Part shown: positions 1 through 8,500 of the stretch, one piece after another
How positions within the stretch are numbered: position 1 is the stretch's first letter
How the letters are laid out: each line of letters starts with the position of its first letter
Assembly: GCA_903842345.1 (NCBI GenBank)
Contig: CAIMLR010000039.1
Location: 3,984 to 67,983 of the forward strand
Source: an uncultured Myxococcales bacterium
GTDB taxonomy: Bacteria > Myxococcota_A > UBA9042
Direction of reading: 5' to 3'
DNA: 64,000 nt
Translations under genes and position numbers: made by a program
The notes under the pieces: model-generated
Told to the model about the DNA's origin: nothing
Database searches by the model: none
The model's input: the letters and a program-made list of their open reading frames with translations, nothing else

Positions 1-618
1 TGGGCGATCGGCAGCGCGCTCTGGACGTGGAAGTCCAACTGCGGGCTTGACGCCAATTCGACGTGCGAAGGCGCCTGGTCGTACTTCCTGACGCCGCCGG
101 GCGGTCCAGGCCCGCAGCCCCAGAACGGCTTGCCGCAGCCGTCCCGCGAGAAGTTCATGGTGCGCGTCTACCCGCGGGCGGTTGCCGGGCGGCTTGTCGA
201 CTACGCGTTTGACCCGGGCACGCACGCATTCGTCCTGCGCGCCACCGAGGCGCAAGCGGCGGAAGTCGGCGACAAGGCCAAGGAGACGCTCGTGTGGATT
301 GCAGCGGACGTGACCGGCGCAGTTGCAGTGAATGGCGCCGCGGCAATCGATGAAGTGGCGACGATGCCCGATGGCAACCGCTTCGCGTGGATCGCGCCGA
401 CGGGATCCTCGGCGTATGGCGTGACAGTGGGCGATGCGGCGGCGCTGGATGCCAAGCTGCTGGCCGCCCCGCCGCGCGTGCCGATTGATCAGGCAACGGC
501 GACGGCGGCGTTCAAGGCGTTCGTCATTGATCTGCAGAGTTCGCCGGACGCCAATCTGGCGTCCAAGGCCGCGCTGGTACAGGGAATTGTCGAGAATATC
601 CTGAAGATCGCCTGGTAG
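1..618 (+). CDS. Glycoside hydrolase family 5 (endoglycoceramidase-like), C-terminal part; 5' truncated by the window edge
   Basis: Frame is open from base 1 (WAIGSALWTWKSNCG...). W-x-W-K followed by RVYPRAVAG...FDPGT..F.L matches the end of the GH5 barrel plus the Glyco_hydro_5_C sandwich of endoglycoceramidases. Confidence 0.65.
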   Translation, partial: WAIGSALWTWKSNCGLDANSTCEGAWSYFLTPPGGPGPQPQNGLPQPSREKFMVRVYPRAVAGRLVDYAFDPGTHAFVLRATEAQAAEVGDKAKETLVWIAADVTGAVAVNGAAAIDEVATMPDGNRFAWIAPTGSSAYGVTVGDAAALDAKLLAAPPRVPIDQATATAAFKAFVIDLQSSPDANLASKAALVQGIVENILKIAW

Positions 619-621
619 CGG

Positions 622-1200
622 CTACTCGATTTCGGTCAGCTCTTCCGGCTCGTCGTCGCGCGCCAGCGCCGCCAGTTCCATCTCTTCCTCGTCTTCCATC
701 GCCAGCTCGGGATCGTCGACCAGCGCCTGCGCGTCGCCCGCCTGCCATTTCACGCCCTGCCAGACCAGGTCGTTGTACGTGGCCTCGTCGTCTTCATCGC
801 CGCCGATCTCGTGAACCCACTGCGGCTCAACAAGTTCAAGGCGCGGCGCGTCCGCAAACAGCCGCTCGAGCTCGTAGTACGCCCGCACCGGCTTGTGGAA
901 GATGTGCACGACGATGTCGCCAAAGTCGATCAGCACCCAGCGACCGGTCCGCCGACCTTCCTCGCCAATCGCCTTCTGGCCGAGCTTCTTGCGGACTTCG
1001 TCTTCCACGTTGTCGGCGATCGCCATCGCCTGACGCTCGTTGCGCGCCGAGGCAATCACCATGTAGTCGGTGTACTGGACGATTTCCTTGACGCGTAGCG
1101 CCACAACGTCAAAGCCCTTCTTCTCCCAAATCGCTTCCACCACGGCAAGCGAGAGCTTCTTGGAATACACGGAACTGTCTACCATTACGCTGTCTGTCAT
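622..1200 (-). CDS. rsfS: Ribosome silencing factor RsfS (Iojap) with an acidic C-terminal extension
   Basis: Motifs EKKGFDVVAL, DYMVIAS, WVLIDFGDIVVHIF and R.YYELERLF.DAP; usual position downstream of proA. Confidence 0.95.
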   Translation of the reverse strand: MTDSVMVDSSVYSKKLSLAVVEAIWEKKGFDVVALRVKEIVQYTDYMVIASARNERQAMAIADNVEDEVRKKLGQKAIGEEGRRTGRWVLIDFGDIVVHIFHKPVRAYYELERLFADAPRLELVEPQWVHEIGGDEDDEATYNDLVWQGVKWQAGDAQALVDDPELAMEDEEEMELAALARDDEPEELTEIE

Positions 1201-1212
1201 TTCTGCTCCAGT

Positions 1213-2487
1213 TTACTGCCGAACGTGGCCGTCGCCGACTACCAGCCAGCGCTCAGTCGTCAGCGAATCGAGGCCCATTGGCCCGTATGCATGCAACTTC
1301 GTTGTTGAAATACCGATTTCTGCGCCCAAGCCGAGGCAACTGCCGTCGTTGAGCCGGGTCGACGCGTTCACCACCACGCAGGACGCGTCCACGCCCTGCG
1401 TAAACCGGTGCGCCGCGGCGATGTCGCGCGTCAAAATGCCTTCGGTATGGCGCGAGCCAAACTGGCGGATGTGCGCCAGCGCGTCGTCCAGGTCGTCGAC
1501 GACGTGCATCAGGCAGATGAGGTCGAGGAATTCCTGACCATAATCGTCCGGTTGGGCCGCCACTGCGCAGCCGCCCGCGTGCGCAATCGTCCGCTTGCAC
1601 GCGCGCACCTGCACGTTGGCCGCCGTCAGCGCCCGCACCAGCATCGGCACGGCTTCATCGGCGATCGCCGCGTCAACCAGCACCGCCTCGAGCGCGTTGC
1701 ACACGCCCGGCCGCTGCGCCTTCGCGTTGACGACGACGCGCGTCGCCTGCGCCAGATCGGCCGCGCTGTGCACGTACAGGTGGCACACGCCCTGATAGTG
1801 CTGAATCACCGGCACGCGCGCGACTTGCATAATGAAGTCAATCAGCTGCGTGCCGCCGCGGGGAATGCACAGGTCCAGCCCGTCGCGTTCGGAAACCAGC
1901 GCTTCGATCGCCTGGCGCTCCGCCGTCGCTGGCTGCTGCACCGCGTCCATCGGGAGGCCAACGGCGTGCAGCGACGATCGCAGCATCTCAATCAGCGCTG
2001 AATTGCTGTGCAGCGCTTCTGAACCGCCGCGCAGGACCACCGCGTTGCCCGCCTTGAGGCACAGCGCCGCGGCGTCGATCGTCACATTCGGCCGCGATTC
2101 ATAGACCATGCCGATGACGCCGAGCGGGACGCGCTGTTTGCGCACCTCAAAACCCTGCGGCCGCACTTCGCCCGACGTCACGCGCCCCACCGGATCGGGC
2201 ATCGCCGCGATCTCATGCAGCGCCGTCACCAGGTTCTGGATCCCGCGATCGTCCAGCCGCAGCCGGTCGACCATGGCGCCTGAACGCCCGGCATCCACAG
2301 CGTTCTTCAGGTCGATCTGATTGGCGGCGAGGATCGTGTCCTGCCCCGTTTGCAGCGTCTCCGCCAGCCGCACCAGCCAGCGATTCTTCAGCGCGCCAGA
2401 GGCCTGCGCCAGCGTCCACGAAGCCTCACGCGCGCGTTTCAGCACCGCTCGGGTCTCGATTCGCAAGGCTTCAGGCAAGTGGCTCAC
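1213..2487 (-). CDS. proA: Gamma-glutamyl phosphate reductase
   Basis: Motifs VPLGVIGMVYESRPNVT, GVCNALE and NASTRLNDG..LGLGAEIGISTTKLHAYGPMGL. Start placed at GTG 2487 after GGAG; the longer ORF to 3144 is a spurious extension overlapping the cytochrome gene. Confidence 0.95.
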   Translation of the reverse strand: MSHLPEALRIETRAVLKRAREASWTLAQASGALKNRWLVRLAETLQTGQDTILAANQIDLKNAVDAGRSGAMVDRLRLDDRGIQNLVTALHEIAAMPDPVGRVTSGEVRPQGFEVRKQRVPLGVIGMVYESRPNVTIDAAALCLKAGNAVVLRGGSEALHSNSALIEMLRSSLHAVGLPMDAVQQPATAERQAIEALVSERDGLDLCIPRGGTQLIDFIMQVARVPVIQHYQGVCHLYVHSAADLAQATRVVVNAKAQRPGVCNALEAVLVDAAIADEAVPMLVRALTAANVQVRACKRTIAHAGGCAVAAQPDDYGQEFLDLICLMHVVDDLDDALAHIRQFGSRHTEGILTRDIAAAHRFTQGVDASCVVVNASTRLNDGSCLGLGAEIGISTTKLHAYGPMGLDSLTTERWLVVGDGHVRQ

Positions 2488-2528
2488 AGATGGACGCTCC
2501 GGCGGATCAACCGGCAGCAGGGTAGGAG

Positions 2529-2563
2529 GCGGCGGGGTGAACGTCAACGTCTCACCCCGCCGC
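2529..2563 (-). terminator. Strong hairpin just downstream of the giant cytochrome gene (terminator or mRNA stabiliser)
   Basis: GCGGCGGGGTGA...TCACCCCGCCGC forms a perfect 12-bp stem 7 nt after the stop codon. There is no clear U-tract. Confidence 0.55.
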
Positions 2564-2570
2564 GGACCAT

Positions 2571-5500
2571 TTACCAACTGTAGTTGTGGCTCTGGCCGTG
2601 GCACGTGCCGCTGCAGCTCACGCGGCCGGTCGTGGCGTTGCGGGTGGTCGCCACGCTGCCGGTGTAGGACGCGCTGCTGCAGGTCGCATTGACGTCGCGC
2701 AGGCCATTCATGTGCAGCGCGGAGGTCGCCGCCGGGTGGCAACCGATACAGCCGACGTTGTTGGACGTCTTGGTGTGCGTGCTGTGCGTGCCGGAGGTCG
2801 GCGTGGTGGCGTGACACATCGCGCAGCTGCCGACCGTCCAGGCGGTGGTGCCCGTTCCCGCCCAATACGGCGTGACCAAGGGCGCCTGGACCGTCGCCGT
2901 GCCCGTGCGCCCGCTGGAGTGGCAGTTGCCAGTGCAGGTGCCGCGGCCGGTGAACGGCGTCGTACCCGCCGTAGTCGCCACGGCCCAGGTCATCGCGCTC
3001 GTCGGAGAACCGAGCGGGGTCGTGGGCAGCGCCGGGAACGCCACGTCGCCGTGGTGGCCCGCCGTCGTCAGATCCGCCGAGTACACATACTGCGCGATGT
3101 GGGCGATGTCGCCCGCGCCTGGAATCGTGTGACACGCGGTGCACGCAAATGCCACGTGCGTCGTGCTCGCCGCCAGGTGCTGCGCGTGCTTGCCCACGCC
3201 CAGCGTCGTCGTCGCCGTCTCATTGGCCACGCCGTGCGGCGGGTTGTTCTGCGTCGCGCCGCCATGGCAGAAGTTGCACGCCTTCCAGTCGCCACCCGTG
3301 CCGTTCGCCGGTGCATTCTGGCCGTGGCAGTTGATCGTGCTGTTGTTGCAGCTGACGTTCACCGTGCCGCCATCCAGGTTCGCGCCGTGGCACGTCGTGC
3401 ATGCCACGTTGTGCTCGTCGCGCATCTGGTTGCGGATGAAGTAGTTGCTGCCGTGGTGGTTGGCGCCGTAGTTCGGCGTCGTCCAGCCCGCGAGGTTGTG
3501 GTACTTGTTGGACTCGACCACGCCGTTCACGTGCAGGCTGCGGTCCTTCCACGTCGTCACTTTGGTCGCTGCGTCAAACGATGCCACGACCGCCGTGTGG
3601 CAGATGCTGCAATCCGTGTGCGCCACGTGCGTGCCACCGACGGGAATGCTGTGGCAAGCCAGGCCGCAGGCGTCAAAGCTGCCGTTGACCGTCGTCCACA
3701 CCGGCGTCTGCTTGATCGTCCCGCTGACGTTGGCGCTGGCGAGCGTCGTGCCGTGGCAGTAGACCGCGTTGCAGGTGACGTTGCTGGCGTTGAACGCCGG
3801 CGTTGCGCCATCGCTGGTGGCGATCGTGCCAAAGTTGATGTCGTCCGTGCCATTGGCGTGCAGCGGCTGCGCGGGAACCGTGTGGCAATCCACGCACTGC
3901 CCGTCACGATGCCACGTGTTGGTGCCCAGATGCTGCTGGTGCGCGCCGACCGCCGGCTGCGACGTCAGCGTTTCACCTTGCGTGCCCTTGGGCGGCGCGG
4001 GATCATTGCTGACGGCATCGCCATGGCAAGCCGTGCAGCTCAGGGCCGGCGCGTCAATCACGCCGTCGACGTGCCGCGTCGCGTCCTGCCAGACCACGGT
4101 CGGCGGCGCTTTGCCGACGCCCGGGATGAACGACGCGATCACCGCGCCGTGGCAATCCTGGCAATTGTTGTTCTGGACGTGCGGCAGGCCCGGCGGCGTC
4201 GTGTGGCAGCTCTGGCCGCACGAGTCGTACGTTCCGTCCACTTTCGTCCAGACTGGCGTCATCTTCAGCGTGCCGGTCGCGTTGGCGCCAAACGGCAGCG
4301 TGTTGCCGTGGCAGTAGACGCCGCTGCAGGTCGCGGTGGCGGTGTCAAAGCTCGGCTTCGCGCCGTTGACCGCGGCCGGGCCACCCCAGGCAAAGTCAAA
4401 GACGCCGTTGCTGTGGCTCGTCGACGACGGCACCACGTGGCAATCCTCGCACTGGACCTGACGGTGCCAATTGCTGGTGCTCACGTGCTGGCTGTGCGCG
4501 CCGACCGCCGGCTGCGTGGTCAGCGTCTCGCCGTTCGTACCCATCGGCGGCGCCGGGTTGTTGGTCGCCACGTCGCCGTGACAGGACGTGCAAGTCAGCG
4601 TCTTCACTTCCAGCACGCCGTCGACGTGCTTGGAACTGTCCGCCCAGACCGCCGTCTTGGTGCCCGGGTCGTAGCTCTGAATGACTTCGCCATGGCACGT
4701 CGCGCACGCCGTATTCTGCGGGTGCGTGCCGCCGGGCGGGTTGGTGTGGCAACTGGCGCCGCAGGAGTCAAACGTGCCGTTGACCGTCGTCCACACCGGC
4801 GTCTTGGCCGTGATGCCGCCCGGATTGGCTGCCGGCAACGTCGTCCCGTGGCAGTAGACCGCGTTGCAGGTCACGGTCGCCACGTCAAAGGCCGGCGTTG
4901 CGCCTGCCGCCGTTGCGACGGTGCCAAAGCTCATGTTTGCCGTGCCGTCGCTGTGCGACATGCTGACCGGAACCGCGTGGCAGTCCGTGCATTGGCCATC
5001 GCGGTGCCACGTGCTCGGCGTCAGGTGATTCTGGTGCGCGCCCACTGCCGCCTGGCTGGTCTGCGTCTCGCCCTTGGTGCCAAGCGGCGGCGCCGGGTCA
5101 TTCGTGGCAGCGTTGCCGTGACAGGACGTGCACGTCATCGCCTTCACTTCCACCTGGCCGTCGATGTGCAGCGCGCGATCCGCCCAGACTGCCGTCTTGG
5201 TGGCGACGTCGTAGCTCTGGATCACGTCCGTGTGGCAAGTCGCACATGCCGTGTTCTGCGGATGCGTGCCGCCGGGCGGATTGGTGTGGCAGCTCGCGCC
5301 GCAGGAGTCGAACGTGCCGTTGACCGTTGTCCACACCGGCGTCTTCTTTGTCGTCCCGCCGGAGTTGGCCGCGGGCAGCGTCGCGCCGTGGCAGTAGACC
5401 GCGTTGCAGGTCACCGTGCTGACGTCCCACGCCGGCGTGGTGCCGCCGGTCGCGGCGATGGTGCCAAAGTCGACGTCATCCACGCCGTTGGAGTGCAGCG

Positions 5501-8500
5501 ACGACGCCGGCACGACGTGGCAATCCGTGCACTGGACGTCGCGGTGCCACGTGCTCGTGCTCAAGTGCTGCGCGTGCGCGCCCACCGCGGGTTGCGTCGT
5601 CAGCGTCTCGCCCTTGGTGCCCTTGGGCGGCGCCGGGTTGTTGGTCGCCGTGTCGCCGTGGCAAGCCGTGCAACTGAGCGCCGGCGCGTCGATGATGCCG
5701 TCCACGTGCCGCGTCGCGTCCTTCCAAACCACCGTCGGCGCCGCGCCGTTGAAGCCCGGCGTGAACGAACTGATCACCGCGCCGTGGCAGTCCTGGCAGT
5801 TGTTGTTCTGCACGTGGGGCGCGCCGGGCGGCGTCGTGTGGCAGCTCTGGCCGCAGGAATCGTACGTCCCGTCGACCTTCGTCCACACCGGCGTCATCTT
5901 CAGCGTGCCGGTCGCGTTGGCGCCGAACGGCAGCGTGTTGCCGTGGCAGTAGACGCCGCTGCACGTGACCGTCGCGGTGTCAAAGCTCGGCGTCGCGCCG
6001 TTGACCGCTGCTGGGCCACCCCAGGCAAAGTCAAAGACGCCGTTGCTGTGGCTCGTCGACGTCGGCACCACGTGACAGTCATCGCATTTCACCTGGCGGT
6101 GCCAGTTGCTGCTGTTCAAGTGCTGGGTGTGCGCGCCGACCGCCGCCTGACTGGTCAGCGTTTCGCCCTTGGTGCCGAGCGGCGGCGCCGGGTTGTTGTT
6201 CACCGCGTCGCCGTGGCACGTCGTGCACGTCAGGGTCTTGACCTCGAGAATGCCGTCAATGTGCAGCGCCTTGTCCTTCCAGACGGCCAGCTTGCCGATG
6301 GGGTCGTAGCTCTGGATGACTTCCGGGTGGCACGTGGCGCAATTGGTGTTCTGCGGGTGCGATCCGCCGGGCGGATTCGTGTGGCAGCTGGCACCGCAAG
6401 AGTCAAACGAGCCATCCACGGTCGTCCATACCGGCGTCTTGGCCGTCGCGCCGCCCGCATTGGCCGCCGCCAGCGTCGTGCCGTGGCAGTACACCGCGTT
6501 GCACGTCACCGTATTGGGCTCAAAAGTCGGATTCGCGCCCGCCGTCTTGGCAACCGTGCCCCACGTGATGTCCGCGGTGCCGTTGCTGTGCGTCGTGCTC
6601 TGCGGCACCGTGTGGCAATCGACGCATTGGCCGTCGCGGTGCCACGAACTTGCCGTCAGGTGCTGCTGGTGCGCGCCGACCGCCGCCTGATTCGTCGCCG
6701 TCTCGCCGTGCGTACCCAGCGGCGGTGCAGGATCGTTCGTCGCCGCCGTGCCGTGGCAAGTCGTGCAACTGAGCGTGATCACCTCGACCGTACCGTCGAT
6801 ATGCTTGCCCTTGTCGACCCACACGGCCGTCTTGGCGTTGGCGTCGTAGCTCTGGATGACGGTCGGGTGGCACATCTGGCAGTTGCTGTTTTGCGGATGC
6901 GATCCGCCCGGCGGATTGGTGTGGCAGCTCGCCCCGCAGGAATCGTACGTGCCGTTGACGGTCGTCCAGATCGGCGCCTTCTGCGTCGTCCCGCCGGGAT
7001 TGGCCGCCGGCAGCGTCGCGCCGTGGCAGTACACCGCGTTGCAGGTCACAGTCGCCGGATCAAACTGTGGCAGCGTGCCGCCCGTCGTCGCCAGCAGACC
7101 AAAATCGACGTCGTCCACGCCATTGGAGTGCAGCGTCTGCGCCGGCACTTTGTGGCAATCCGTGCACTGGACGTCGCGGTGCCACGTGCTCGCGCTCAGG
7201 TGCTGCGCGTGCGCGCCCACGGCCGGCTGGGTCGTCAGCGTCTCGCCCTTGGTGCCCTTGGGCGGCGCGGGATTGTTGCTGGCGGCATCGCCATGGCATG
7301 CCGTGCAGGTCAGCGCCGGCGCGTCGATGATGCCGTTCACGTGACGCGAAGCGTCCTTCCACACCACCGTCGGCAGCCCGCCATTGACGCCCGGCGTAAA
7401 CGACTGGATCACCTCGCCGTGGCACTGCTCGCACTTGGTGCTCTGCACGTGCGGCGCACCCGGCGGCGTCGTGTGGCAGCTCGCGCCACAGGAATCAAAG
7501 GTGCCATCCACCTGCGTCCAAATGGGCTCCTGTTTCAGCGTGCCGCCTGGATTGGGACCGAACAGCGTCACGCCGTGGCAGTACACGCTGCTGCAGGTCA
7601 CCGTGCTTGCGTCAAATGTCGGCTGCGCGCCGCCCACCGTGCTCGGACCGCCAAAGCTCATTTCGGTCGTGCCGTTGCTGTGCGAGACGGAAGCCGGGAC
7701 CGTGTGGCAATCCGTGCATTGACCCTGACGGTGCCACGAGCTCGCGCTCAGGTGATTCTGGTGCGCGCCCACCGCCGCCGCAGTCGTGGCGACCTCGCCG
7801 TGCGTCCCGGTCGGCGGCGCCGGATCGTTCTTGACCGCGTCGCCATGGCACGTCGTGCACGTCAGCGTCTTCACTTCCACAATGCCGTCGATGTGCAAGC
7901 CCGGGCTGTTCCAGCTCGCGTTCTTGGTCGCCGGGTCGTAGTTGGCGATGACTTCCGTGTGGCAAATCTGGCACGCGGTGCTCTGCGGGTGACTGCCGCC
8001 CGGCGGATTGGTGTGGCAGCTCGCGCCGCAGGAATCAAACGTCCCGTTGACGGTCGTCCACACCGGCGATTTCTTGGTCGTGCCGCCCTGATTGGCCGCG
8101 GGCAGCGTGTTGCCGTGGCAGTACACGGCGTTGCAGGTCAGCGTGCCGGCGTCAAACGCAGGCGTGCTGTTGGCTGCCGTTGCGACCGCGCCCCACAGGA
8201 ATTCCACAATGCCGTCCGTGTGCGTCATCGACGTCGGCACGACGTGGCAGTCCGTGCACTGGCCGTCGCGGTGCCACGAGCTCGCGCCGAGGTGCTGCGC
8301 GTGCGCGCCCACGGCCGCCTGCGAAGTCAGCGTCTCGCCGAGCGTGCCCTTGGGCGGTGCGGGGTTATTGGTCGGCGCATCGCCGTGACACGTCGTGCAC
8401 GTCAGGCTGGTCAGTTCCACGCTGCCGTCGATGTGCAGGCCCGGGCTGGCCCACGTCGCGGTCTGCGTCGCTGCGTCAAACGAGGCGATGACCGGCGTGT

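Noticed and set aside
2488-3144. Apparent N-terminal extension of ProA
   Set aside because: It overlaps the cytochrome 3' end in another frame and crosses the hairpin. GTG 2487 has an RBS and gives a normal ProA length.
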